Source of the DNA: an uncultured archaeon
Lineage (GTDB): Archaea; Iainarchaeota; Iainarchaeia; Iainarchaeales; GCA-2688035
Direction: 5' to 3'
Length of the DNA: 64,000 nucleotides
Assembly: GCA_964354805.1 (NCBI GenBank)
Contig: CAYHBD010000009.1
Location: 1-64,000, forward strand
How positions within the stretch are numbered: the stretch's first letter is position 1; each line of letters begins with the position of its first letter. Positions 1-8,907 of the stretch are shown here, piece after piece. The notes under the pieces were generated by a model. It saw nothing but the letters and a program-made list of their open reading frames with translations. It was not told the DNA's origin and made no database searches. A program made the translations under genes and the position numbers.

Positions 1-1
1 A

Positions 2-463
2 AACGCAAAACCGCCAAGGGCAGGCATACAGGCAACTATACTCAAGCAAAACCTCAAAGAATTACCGGAAATTTTAAGAGTCGGTCGCAAATTAGGCTTA
101 TGCGTACACTTTGAAGGGCTGATGATAGAAGGGCGGGCAGAAAAACACCCTGAAATTGCTCCATCAAAAAAAGAAATGGAATTACTGTTTGGGAGGCTAT
201 CGAAAATAGATTCTGAAGAATTTGGAATGCAGCCAGAGTGCGCCCCAACGTATTTTGGCTTTAGAAAAAATTGTGAAATAAGGCTCAAATACAATCTTGT
301 CATAGATTCAAACGGAAACGCAAAAGTCTGCTACAGCAACGCCCCAGAACTCGGCCTTGGAATGAATGTAAGAGAACACTCGTTAAAAGAGATACAAAGA
401 AAAAAATTTGAATTACTGGATAAATTGCCAAAAGGGTGCGTTTGCATACATGGGTTAAAATAA
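2..463 (+). CDS. Radical SAM protein, C-terminal part with SPASM/Twitch-like Cys motifs (5' truncated by window edge)
   Basis: Frame open from base 2 (…GIQATILKQNLKELPEIL…), then C…VIDSNGNAKVC…GMNVREHSLKEI…CVC, typical of SPASM/Twitch tails. Confidence 0.65.
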   Translation, partial: NAKPPRAGIQATILKQNLKELPEILRVGRKLGLCVHFEGLMIEGRAEKHPEIAPSKKEMELLFGRLSKIDSEEFGMQPECAPTYFGFRKNCEIRLKYNLVIDSNGNAKVCYSNAPELGLGMNVREHSLKEIQRKKFELLDKLPKGCVCIHGLK

Positions 464-520
464 CCGCCATAATTTTTAATGCTTATTGGGGCAAGAATTG
501 AGTAATTGTAAATGGGCATT

Positions 521-592
521 GCCCTCGTAGCTCAATGGCAGAGCACGGGTTTTGTAAACCCGGGGTTGAGGGTTCAAATCCCTCCGAGGGCT
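521..592 (+). tRNA. tRNA-Thr(UGU), no intron
   Basis: GCCCTCG/CGAGGGC acceptor, GCTC/GAGC D-stem, CGGGT-TT-TGT-AA-ACCCG anticodon arm, GAGGG-TTCAAAT-CCCTC T arm. Confidence 0.96.
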
Positions 593-607
593 AAATGTGA
601 AATTACT

Positions 608-742
608 ATGAAGAGAGCAAAAGACATAATGGGAAGGATGAGAGTAGAGCGCATTTTTGAAGAGAAAGAAACAAAGGAACGCGTTGGCAGGTATGGGCCA
701 AGGGGACCGAAGCAGAAGGGGAAAAGAAAGGGAAAGAAATAA
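608..742 (+). CDS. Small basic hypothetical protein (44 aa)
   Basis: ATG just after tRNA-Thr; MKRAKDIMGRMRVERIFEE…KGKRKGKK; the longer track ORF runs through the tRNA. Confidence 0.45.
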   Translation: MKRAKDIMGRMRVERIFEEKETKERVGRYGPRGPKQKGKRKGKK

Positions 743-785
743 GCAGGGCAATTTTAATTTGAAAAGGAAAAAAATAATTTTTTTT

Positions 786-2375
786 TCAATAAACAGGGTT
801 TACCGTAGCCAATTGCTTTTCTTTCATTTCCTGCTGCATTTTGCGCAACCCGCGCTTGTACAAGTCGTCTGATAATTTTCTCCCGTTCTTTTTCTCCCAT
901 TCCTTTATCGGCAGTCCGAATTGCGCCTGGATCTTGTCCCTGTACCATTCAGGGATAACATTGAATGCGCAGAATGGGACAATTGGCCTCTTTGGGTCTG
1001 GCGTAGCGTAGTGGACTGCGCAGCTCTTCACTCTCTCAATATCATAATTGTACAAATCCATGAAGTGCATCATTCCAATGAACATGCTCTTGTGGTGGAA
1101 TATGCTAAGGCTCGTGTAATCGTGCTTTAGGAAAACATCAAGCAGAATTTTCCCAAAGTTCAGGTCTTTAGGCATTTTCTTCTTGTCAATGAAAGAATTC
1201 AGCTTGAACAATGACTTGGTTGCAACAATGTATTTGCTTTTCCCTTTCTTTAATTGCTCTTTTTGCTCGTTCAGGAATTCAACCAAGCCGTCAACATCCA
1301 GAAAACGCGTTATTGGAACCATCCTGCTGCCATCCTTGAACAAATAGGTTGCCATTCCGCATGCAAAATGCGCTGACAGCTCATACTGCGGCTTTTTCCT
1401 CAAATGCTCAATGAACTGCGCTATTGGAACAACGCTTGGCACTGGATAAAAGTCATCGGCTGTTATTTCGCCGTTTGTCTGCTCCTCCATTGCGTGAATT
1501 ACATCAGGAATCGTTATCCTGAATTTCTCCCTTTCCTTTTGCGGCATTCTCCCAACCAAGGAAACAGGCTGAAAATTTATTCCCCTGACAACATCAATGT
1601 TGTTGCTACCAAAGCGCACAATGTCCCCAATTTCATTGTCATTAATTGTTCTAATTATTGTTGGAACAAGGACAATGCCCAAATCGTTTTCCCTGCAGTT
1701 TTTAAGCGCGTTGGGAATCTCCCAATGGTTCTTTGGATTGGTTTTCTCTGTAACGCCGTCAAAGGAAAGGTAAAGAGTGTTGACTCCGGCATTGCTGATT
1801 TTTTTAACAAGCCCGGCATCCTGGCTGATTCTTATGCCATCAGTGTTTAATTGCACATGGTCAAAGCCAATTTCCTTGCAAACTTCAATTATTTCAATCA
1901 AATCGCTGCGAAGCGTTGGCTCTCCGCCTGTCAGCTGAACGGCATTTCCAGGCACCGGCCTCTCGCCCCTTATGCGCTGCAGCATGGTTTTAATCTGCTC
2001 AATTGTTGGCTCATACACATAGCCCGCTTTCTGCGCGTAAAAAAAGCAATACCAGCAATTCAAATCACACCTGTTTGTCAAAACAAGGTTTGTAAGCGAA
2101 CTGTTTGTCTTATGCATTGGGCACAAGCCGCATGACTCAGGACATTTTATTTTTCCACCTTTAACATTCGGATTCGCTAATCCCTTTCCTTCCTCACTGA
2201 AACGCTGGGCCTTTTTGTACATTTCACTGTCGCCCCAGTACAATTCCCTGAAATAGCCGTGCTGCTTGCAGCGTTTCTCAATCCAGACCTTGCCCTGCTC
2301 ACTGAAAATAGCAGCAGGCAAAAACTGCAGGCACTCAGGGCACAAGCTGCTTGTCTTGCTCAATTCTTCCCTCAA
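786..2375 (-). CDS. tes: Tetraether lipid synthase (Tes / MJ0619-family radical SAM)
   Basis: N-terminal SLCPEC…C..HG, CPESCGLCPMH, TNRCDLNCWYC, QLTGGEPT, C-terminal HFMD…CAVHYATPD…PFCAFN; TTG 2375 follows GGTG (track start 2402). Confidence 0.85.
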   Translation of the reverse strand: MREELSKTSSLCPECLQFLPAAIFSEQGKVWIEKRCKQHGYFRELYWGDSEMYKKAQRFSEEGKGLANPNVKGGKIKCPESCGLCPMHKTNSSLTNLVLTNRCDLNCWYCFFYAQKAGYVYEPTIEQIKTMLQRIRGERPVPGNAVQLTGGEPTLRSDLIEIIEVCKEIGFDHVQLNTDGIRISQDAGLVKKISNAGVNTLYLSFDGVTEKTNPKNHWEIPNALKNCRENDLGIVLVPTIIRTINDNEIGDIVRFGSNNIDVVRGINFQPVSLVGRMPQKEREKFRITIPDVIHAMEEQTNGEITADDFYPVPSVVPIAQFIEHLRKKPQYELSAHFACGMATYLFKDGSRMVPITRFLDVDGLVEFLNEQKEQLKKGKSKYIVATKSLFKLNSFIDKKKMPKDLNFGKILLDVFLKHDYTSLSIFHHKSMFIGMMHFMDLYNYDIERVKSCAVHYATPDPKRPIVPFCAFNVIPEWYRDKIQAQFGLPIKEWEKKNGRKLSDDLYKRGLRKMQQEMKEKQLATVNPVY

Positions 2376-2493
2376 ACAAAAACACCCACAAAATAACAAC
2401 AATCTGAACTTTTAATAACTATTAAAAGTTTTTAAATATATAGGGGGCAATTATAAATAAACCTTTTGGTTACAATACTTTTGGGCTGAGAGC

Positions 2494-3000
2494 ATGCAAC
2501 GCGCTGTTGATGAAAAGCAGATTGAGGGCAAAATCCTTTCAACTTTTGCCGATGTTGCAGCAACCATTGGCTACAGCGATTTGCACGGGAAAATAATCGC
2601 TGTCCTGATGGTTGAGGGAAAGCCCATCGCTTTGGAAGAGGTTGCCAAGAAAACAGGCTACAGCAGGGCAATGATTTCACTCAGTCTGGATCTGCTTGAA
2701 GTATTTGGCGTTGTCAAAAAAATTAAGAAGACAGCTGACAGGAAGCTGTATGTTCAGCTGCAGGGCGATTTGCTTGAGTGCCTGAGGAAAGCGATCATGG
2801 TCAAGATTCAAAACAGCGTTTCCGACAGCCTGCGGCAGTTTGAGCAGAGCAGGCAGGCTCTGCATGGCTTTAAGGGAACAGAGAAACAGAAGGCAATGCA
2901 CAGCCTGAGTGTTTTGGAAAAGCAAATAAAGAGATTGGACAAATATGTTGCTGAATTGTCAAAAGTAAAGCTGCCTGAAAAGAACAATCAACAGGGGTGA
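2494..3000 (+). CDS. GbsR/MarR-like wHTH transcriptional regulator
   Basis: IGYSDLHGKIIAVL…LEEVAKKTGYSRAMISLSLDLL HTH followed by coiled coil; divergent from tes. Confidence 0.75.
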   Translation: MQRAVDEKQIEGKILSTFADVAATIGYSDLHGKIIAVLMVEGKPIALEEVAKKTGYSRAMISLSLDLLEVFGVVKKIKKTADRKLYVQLQGDLLECLRKAIMVKIQNSVSDSLRQFEQSRQALHGFKGTEKQKAMHSLSVLEKQIKRLDKYVAELSKVKLPEKNNQQG

Positions 3001-3446
3001 GTAGATTGGATAACGTGATTCAGTTCATTGCAAACTATGACGACTGGAAAGCAATTAAAAAACTTAAGATAGATGAAAAAACCAAACCAATAACAGTAAT
3101 GGAATTCCTCGCTTCTTTGGGAACAGGCATAGACAGAAAGATTGAGGTAAACCTGCTGAAAATAATCGACCTGCAAAAGCTTTCATCTGCCTTGGCAGAG
3201 CTGCCCAAGGGAAAAACAAGCGAAGAAATAGGCGCAATAATAGCAGATGTGGCAAGCAGGAAAATAAATTCTGTTATAAAGGAAATATGCAACAAGCCTG
3301 AACTGCAGCCCAGAGAGCAAAAGGAGCTGCAGCAATTCTGCCAGGTTTACGCAATGCGCAAGGCATTGAATGCCTGCGAATTGAGCGTTGACTACAGCTC
3401 GGTTGAAGTGCCAGGCATGGGCAGGCTGAAAAAGGCAAAAGTTTAA
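2997..3446 (+). CDS. DUF2666-like conserved archaeal protein
   Basis: IQFIANYDDWKAIKKLKIDEKTKP…EFLAS pattern; 4-nt GTGA overlap with the regulator. Confidence 0.6.
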   Translation: MSRLDNVIQFIANYDDWKAIKKLKIDEKTKPITVMEFLASLGTGIDRKIEVNLLKIIDLQKLSSALAELPKGKTSEEIGAIIADVASRKINSVIKEICNKPELQPREQKELQQFCQVYAMRKALNACELSVDYSSVEVPGMGRLKKAKV

Positions 3447-3514
3447 TAAAAAGAAAACCAAGCGCATGGAAAGCAGGAAGGTTTAATAAAAAGAAAAACT
3501 AATTGATTCCATGT

Positions 3515-4405
3515 ATGGACCTTATTGCTATTATCAACCAGTTTGATGCTGCGGCATTGCATTCAGCGCAATCAATCACCAGCCCAGCCCTTACTCAATT
3601 AATGCTTGCAATAACCTTTTTTGGAACACCTGTTTTCTTTGTCCTAATTGCAGCATTGATTTACTGGCAAGGGCATGAAAACCGGGCCTTCTTTTTAATG
3701 AACCTTACACTGTTCTGCTCTGCTGTTGCAGGAGCATTAAAGTTTGCAATCGCAAGGGAAAGGCCAAGCAGTGATTTTTTTAAAGTGCTTGCATCAGATG
3801 CTGCTTCTCCAGCATTTCCAAGCGGGCACGCAACAATGGCGGCAGGCTTTTTTTCTTACGCTTACACTTTTGTTAAAACAAAAACAAGGGCATTTTTTGC
3901 TTTCATGGTTGCGGCTGTTGCATTCAGCAGGCTATACCTTGGAATGCATTTTCCAAGCGATGTAATCGCGGGAATTGCGCTTGGCCTTGTTTTGGGAAAA
4001 GCAAACCTTTTTGCAAGAAACAGGCTGTTCCACAAGGAATTCAGGCCATCAAAGCTTGAGGACGAGCTCGCATTGGTGGGATTGGTCATTCTGGCTGTTA
4101 TTGCAATAATGTTCCTGCGCTCACTGCCAATGTCAGGCAGTTTCATTGGCTTCTACGCTGGCTTTTTCCTGTTCAAAGAAATGCAACTCAAGCAGCAAAG
4201 GCTAAAAAGCAAAATGCTTGCAGCAAAATGCTTAATCGGTTTCGCGTTACTAGCCCCCTTGTTTTTGGTTGGGGAAAACATTGTCTCCATTGGAATTGCA
4301 TTGGATGAATTGCAGCGCTTTGCTTTATACTGCCTTAGCGGCTTTTGGATAAGCTGGCTTTGGCCAGTAATATTTGAAAAAGCGCTTGGAACAAAAAAAC
4401 ATTAA
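3515..4405 (+). CDS. PAP2-family membrane phosphatase
   Basis: KFAIARERP, FPSGH, SRLYLGMHFPSDV motifs; multiple TM helices. Confidence 0.9.
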   Translation: MDLIAIINQFDAAALHSAQSITSPALTQLMLAITFFGTPVFFVLIAALIYWQGHENRAFFLMNLTLFCSAVAGALKFAIARERPSSDFFKVLASDAASPAFPSGHATMAAGFFSYAYTFVKTKTRAFFAFMVAAVAFSRLYLGMHFPSDVIAGIALGLVLGKANLFARNRLFHKEFRPSKLEDELALVGLVILAVIAIMFLRSLPMSGSFIGFYAGFFLFKEMQLKQQRLKSKMLAAKCLIGFALLAPLFLVGENIVSIGIALDELQRFALYCLSGFWISWLWPVIFEKALGTKKH

Positions 4406-4434
4406 GTTAATATAAATTCGCTGAATAAGTTATT

Positions 4435-4515
4435 AATGCGAGCGGAGCGAGCATATGGCATCGAGCAACCGCAAGGTTGCGAAGATGGCATCCGCGCCAG
4501 CCTCGCGTGAAGGCT
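4435..4515 (+). other. Structured GC-rich 5' leader of tRNA-Tyr (three hairpins)
   Basis: TGC-GA-GC-GGA-GC-GA-GCA; GCAACC-GCAA-GGTTGC; AGCCT…AGGCT; follows a TATA-like TTAATATAAA just after the PAP2 stop. Confidence 0.55.
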
Positions 4516-4652
4516 CCTGCCTTAGCTCAGCCAGTTAGAGCGTCCGGCTGTAGACGATTTGGAAACCTGCTTCGAAAGCAGGCGCGCCAATGCTCCTGCA
4601 AAGGAGTGTGACGGCGACCGGAAGGTCCCCGGTGCAAATCCGGGAGGCGGGA
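4516..4652 (+). tRNA. tRNA-Tyr(GUA) with 63-nt intron at 37/38 (4554-4616)
   Basis: CCTGCCT/AGGCGGG acceptor with C1-G72 and A73; TCCGG-CT-GTA-G|intron|A-CCGGA; BHB helix CTGT:ACGG. Confidence 0.92.
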
Positions 4653-4735
4653 CTTTCGTATTTTTGGGAGCCTTAAAAAACGATGTGTTTAAATTCCGTA
4701 ATTTACAGGATAGCAAACCATACAAGAAAGAGTTG

Positions 4736-4870
4736 ATGAAAATGAAAATAATGAAAATTAAGGGAAAAAGAGAGCCAATAACAATGGCCGAGTGGAAGGA
4801 CATTAAAGATATTGTAAAAGCCCACTTGAAAGAATACAAAGACTTTTACGCAGAGCTTGCAGAATTGTGA
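4736..4870 (+). CDS. Small hypothetical protein, C-terminus resembles short addiction-module antitoxins
   Basis: …DIVKAHLKEYKDFYAELAEL; lies inside the tRNA-Tyr islet. Confidence 0.4.
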   Translation: MKMKIMKIKGKREPITMAEWKDIKDIVKAHLKEYKDFYAELAEL

Positions 4871-4912
4871 GGAGAGCAAGTAGTATTAAAAAGGCAAAAG
4901 GCACTGTGAAAA

Positions 4913-5407
4913 ATGATTAAAGAATATTTTAATTCAAGAATAAGCGCATTATTGGAACTTTTCATAAAGAAACCAATAATGGCAATAATTCCAATGCTCG
5001 TTTTTATTTTTTATTCGCTTCCAATCCTGAAACTATACTTTATCAACCAAAAAGCGTATTTCTTTTTGCTGTTTTGCAGCTATGCTTCAATACTGTCAAT
5101 AGTGGTTTTTTATTTTGCAAACAAAAAAGTCGGAAGGATTGAACAAAAATCAGTGTTCAAAGACAACAATTATCTGAAAGGGCTGGACCTTCCAAGATGG
5201 CTTTTTATAATCTGGGAAACCAGTTTGCTCGCATTATTCCTTTCAGCATTCTTTTCAATAATAGTTGACCTTTTCAGTGTCATATTCAGCCTGCTAAACC
5301 TTATACTCCCTGGAAACGAAAAAGCTGCTGTAACAAGCTCTCTTGGGCTGTCAATAGCAATACTGTTTTTGCTTTTCAACAACGCAATCAACAGGCAAAT
5401 GAGTTAA
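4913..5407 (+). CDS. Hypothetical membrane protein (AT-rich)
   Basis: 164 aa, about 4 hydrophobic segments, low GC. Confidence 0.65.
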   Translation: MIKEYFNSRISALLELFIKKPIMAIIPMLVFIFYSLPILKLYFINQKAYFFLLFCSYASILSIVVFYFANKKVGRIEQKSVFKDNNYLKGLDLPRWLFIIWETSLLALFLSAFFSIIVDLFSVIFSLLNLILPGNEKAAVTSSLGLSIAILFLLFNNAINRQMS

Positions 5408-5489
5408 TTCTGTGTTTAGCATGAAACCAAAATTTTAAAAAGAAATTTTTGACCCAAACGGCTTCAGGACTTGCACTCTCGGCGGTTGT

Positions 5490-5501
5490 CGGGAGGCGGG
5501 A
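5490..5501 (+). repeat. Direct repeat of tRNA-Tyr 3' end (attR-like)
   Basis: CGGGAGGCGGGA identical to 4641-4652, with a similar T-rich tail downstream. Confidence 0.7.
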
Positions 5502-5547
5502 TTTTCATTTTTGATAACCTGTTTTTTTATAATGCAGCGTTCATAAA

Positions 5548-6486
5548 TTGGTTAGAGTGGTTTGGATGGGTTCGGTTAATTGCACTGTTTTGAGCAGGGA
5601 GCTGGCGAAAGAGCTTGGAAAGAAGGAAAACGATTCGGATTTGGAGTTTTATCACAGGGCGTTCGGTGAAAAACTGCTGACATTTGTTTGCCCGAATGGT
5701 TTTCCCGAAAAAGCAGGGGTGTTATTGCAGGCGCTTCATTTGTCAAACTGTGTTTTGCTCTGTGTTGACAAAATCGATGCTTTTTTGGGGGAAGCGATTG
5801 TTGCTATTGACGCAATGGGTTTGAAAACCGGGTTTGTGATTTTTGGCCAGGGCGTTGACAAAGAAATGTTTTGGAAAATCGCGGAAAACACCTTGGTAAG
5901 GGGCTTTGAAGAGATTGAAAAAGAGCAGGCATTGGAAAAGGTTTCTTCTGTCAAGGTGGTTAAAGCAGAGGGGAAAACTGTTGTTGATTTGGATTCAATG
6001 TTCAACGTGCGCGGCGTTGGGATAGTAGCCCTGGGTTTTGTCACGCAGGGCATGATTGAAAGGTTCCAGAAGCTAAAGGCTTTTCCAAAAGGCGCTGAAG
6101 TTTTGGTTAAATCGATTCAAAAGCAGGATAAGGATTTTGCTGACGCAGAATTCAATGAAAGGGTCGGGCTTTCGGTGAAAGGGCTTGATGTTGAAGACTT
6201 TTCGAGGGGAGCTGTTTTAACAAGCGACGATTTTAAAAGCGCGAGCGAGTTTGAGGCAAGCTTTGAAAAAAACAGGTTCTGCAAAAAAGAGCTGCAGGAG
6301 GGGGCAATGCTTCACATTCAATGCAGGATGCAAACTGCGGGGTGCAAAATAAAGTCCTTAAACCCAATCAAAATTGAAACAGGGAAAAAAATTGCGGCCA
6401 GGCTAAACGAAAAAATAGTTTTAATGGATCCCAATGCAAAGCCAAGAATAATCGGAAAAGGAACAATCGCAAAAATCACGCTTTAA
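5548..6486 (+). CDS. Archaeal SelB-like / EF-Tu-fold protein with degenerate G-domain
   Basis: D..FNVRGVGIVALG…VKSIQKQDKD…ERVGLSVKG…FSRGAVL EF-Tu domain II; no GxxxxGK P-loop. Confidence 0.75.
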   Translation: MVRVVWMGSVNCTVLSRELAKELGKKENDSDLEFYHRAFGEKLLTFVCPNGFPEKAGVLLQALHLSNCVLLCVDKIDAFLGEAIVAIDAMGLKTGFVIFGQGVDKEMFWKIAENTLVRGFEEIEKEQALEKVSSVKVVKAEGKTVVDLDSMFNVRGVGIVALGFVTQGMIERFQKLKAFPKGAEVLVKSIQKQDKDFADAEFNERVGLSVKGLDVEDFSRGAVLTSDDFKSASEFEASFEKNRFCKKELQEGAMLHIQCRMQTAGCKIKSLNPIKIETGKKIAARLNEKIVLMDPNAKPRIIGKGTIAKITL

Positions 6487-6543
6487 AACCATGCAAATCC
6501 ATAAGGCAGGGTTACAATTATATATTAGGAATCGCATTATATA

Positions 6544-7008
6544 ATGATGAAATTCATTGTGCCGGCGCTTGCTTTGAGTATCTTTCTTTTAGGCTGCCTT
6601 GGACCGCCCAAAGCCCCTTCTGATTTTGTTGAATGCAATTTTGACGAAAAATGCTCCAATGATTTGATGGACAATTGCTGGAAAGGGCATTTTGCAACGA
6701 AATCCGAGGAGCGGATTGGCGAAGATTTGTCTGTTTCAGTGGTTATGGATTTAACCGTTATTGGTCCAAACGATAACAAATGCACATTTGAGTTTTCGTT
6801 TTCTGAATATCAGTTTTTAGACCCTGCACACAAGTTGGATCAAAATGCCATGGATACGTTAAACGCCACAATAAAACAAAAAATTTATGGAAAAAAAGCG
6901 ACCTGCCAACTTGGGTTGGCGGAAATGATGGAGGTCAATCTGAGTCCGGAAAAGTTCATAGGGAATTGCACTGGCCCACTGATAGAAGTAATTAGGGAGG
7001 AGACTTGA
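6544..7008 (+). CDS. Putative lipoprotein
   Basis: Hydrophobic N-terminus with LLGC lipobox, several Cys. Confidence 0.65.
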   Translation: MMKFIVPALALSIFLLGCLGPPKAPSDFVECNFDEKCSNDLMDNCWKGHFATKSEERIGEDLSVSVVMDLTVIGPNDNKCTFEFSFSEYQFLDPAHKLDQNAMDTLNATIKQKIYGKKATCQLGLAEMMEVNLSPEKFIGNCTGPLIEVIREET

Positions 7009-7433
7009 AAATGAATTCAAAAATCTTTATTATAGGGATTGTGCTTTCAATTGTTTTCGGCACAGTTTTCGGGTTAATCGGATTTGCAACTGGGTATATA
7101 ACATCAATTTATGTAATTGTTTCAGCAGGAATTACCGGTTACGCCATAACTTTTTTTGAGAAAGAAAAAGTTCTTACGAACACAGGGATAGCGGTTACTG
7201 CGGTTGTCTGCGGCGTACTCAATTTTGCAATGATGTACTTAACGATTTATATAATGTTTTTGAATTCGCTTCCTGTTTTTGCGAGAGGCGATCTAGCCCC
7301 GCTCTTTTTAAGCAACTTGAATTTTATTGACTTGGTGATATTTTTTGTCTCGATTATAGCCCTCTACCAAGTTTTAAGCAAAAACGAAAAAAAGAAGCTT
7401 AAAAACAAGGAAATTAAAACAACCCCTGCATGA
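7005..7433 (+). CDS. Hypothetical membrane protein
   Basis: 4 TM segments; 4-nt overlap with the lipoprotein gene. Confidence 0.65.
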   Translation: MKMNSKIFIIGIVLSIVFGTVFGLIGFATGYITSIYVIVSAGITGYAITFFEKEKVLTNTGIAVTAVVCGVLNFAMMYLTIYIMFLNSLPVFARGDLAPLFLSNLNFIDLVIFFVSIIALYQVLSKNEKKKLKNKEIKTTPA

Positions 7434-7492
7434 GGGCAGGAACCATTTTGGAAAAAGGTTTCTTGCAAACCAAAAGGCCGTGAGCAGGACTT

Positions 7493-8611
7493 TTACGAAT
7501 TGAATTCGTACAGTTCCTGCATGTCGGCTTTTATGTGGGATTCTATTCTTTGCAATTCCTGTATTTCGAGCACGCTTGTGCAGAATGTCACTGCTTCGCC
7601 TTTTTTGCCGAATCTCGCTGTCCTGCCAATCCTGTGCACGTATGTTTCCCTTTGCTGCGGGAAATCGAAGTTGATTATGTGGGTTATGTCGTTTATGTCC
7701 ATTCCCCTTGCAAGCAAATCAGTTGCCACGAGCACATGTGTCCTGTCAGACTTGAATTCGTCAAGAATGCGCTGCCTGGCATTCTGCGGAAGGCCGCCGT
7801 GAATGCTTTTGGCTCTAAGGCCCCTTTTGTACATTTCCCTGCTCAGCCATTCTGCAGTCCTCTGGGTCCTGCAGAAAACAAGGCATTTTGACATGTTCCT
7901 GCTCCTGATTATTTCCGCAAGCGTTGAAACCCTTTTCTTGGGGTCAACCCTAACGAAGAACTGCTCAACATCATCCAGTACCAGACTGTCCTGTGAAACA
8001 TTCACAAAAACCTTGTCGGGAGTAAGGTGCCTTCTTGTAAGCTCGATTATTTCTTCCGGAATTGTTGCTGAGAAGAGCATTGTCTGCCTCTGCCTTGGGC
8101 ATTTTGACAGGATGAAATCAATGTCATCCCTAAAGCCCATGTCAAACATTTTGTCGGCTTCGTCAAGCACAACGTATTTTATTGCGCTTAGGCTAATGCA
8201 GCCCCTGCGCATGAAATCCATTAGCCTGCCTGGCGTTGCAACAACAACATGCTGGCCCCTGCGCAATTCTTGCGCCTGGATGTTTAGGCTTGCTCCGCCG
8301 TATACGGGAAGGCATTTAAGCTGCTGCCCTAGCGCAAGCTCTGTGAATTCTTTGTGCACCTGCACTGCTAGCTCTCTTGTGGGAACAAGGACCAACGCCT
8401 GCATTAAGCCAGGCGCTGCAGCTATTTTCTGCAGCAGCGGTATTGAAAATGCCGCTGTTTTTCCTGTTCCGGTCTTGCTTTGTACAATCACGTCCTTTCC
8501 CTGTAGGATAAGGGGAATTGTTTTTGACTGGACCTCGCTTGGTTCCTTGTAGCCCTTGCGCTCTATTGCGCCGGCTAGACTGCTGTTTAAGTTAAACTCG
8601 TTAAAATTCAA
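7493..8611 (-). CDS. DEAD-box RNA helicase
   Basis: Q motif, SKTGTGKT, PTRELA, TPGR, DEAD, SAT, ARGMD, HRIGRTAR; GGAGTGA RBS. Confidence 0.95.
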   Translation of the reverse strand: MNFNEFNLNSSLAGAIERKGYKEPSEVQSKTIPLILQGKDVIVQSKTGTGKTAAFSIPLLQKIAAAPGLMQALVLVPTRELAVQVHKEFTELALGQQLKCLPVYGGASLNIQAQELRRGQHVVVATPGRLMDFMRRGCISLSAIKYVVLDEADKMFDMGFRDDIDFILSKCPRQRQTMLFSATIPEEIIELTRRHLTPDKVFVNVSQDSLVLDDVEQFFVRVDPKKRVSTLAEIIRSRNMSKCLVFCRTQRTAEWLSREMYKRGLRAKSIHGGLPQNARQRILDEFKSDRTHVLVATDLLARGMDINDITHIINFDFPQQRETYVHRIGRTARFGKKGEAVTFCTSVLEIQELQRIESHIKADMQELYEFNS

Positions 8612-8907
8612 TGTTTATCACTCCTTTTTTTGAATTAAAGAAAAGGCAAAAAAAGTTAAGGCCACTTTAAAAAAAGGATTTTTTTTACAGTGTAATTTTC
8701 AGTTAAGAAAATCAGTTAACTTCAATAGACCTTTCTTAATACAAATAGAGTGCAGCACAGGGATTAAAAACAGTGGTGTTGGGCGATTCGCCCCTCTTTT
8801 CATGCCCTGCAGGAAAGACAGCAGTTATACGTTTTGCACTCTTTTTAACGCTTTGCAGGAAAGACTGTGCCCTTCTTTTTATAAAACGTTGATTGTATTT
8901 TTGTTTT

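Noticed and set aside
512-742. 76-aa track ORF
   Set aside because: Its 5' part is the tRNA-Thr gene; only 608-742 is plausible as coding.
4559-4735. N-terminal part of the 103-aa track ORF (possible intron-encoded protein)
   Set aside because: It runs through the tRNA-Tyr intron and 3' exon; a downstream ATG (4736 or later) is more plausible.
5548-6486. Selenocysteine system
   Set aside because: No tRNA-Sec, SECIS or in-frame UGA selenoprotein was seen, and the factor lacks GTPase motifs.
6492-7480. Weak TGCAAA(T)CCA.AAGGC similarity flanking the lipoprotein/membrane gene pair
   Set aside because: Too short and gapped to separate from chance by eye.
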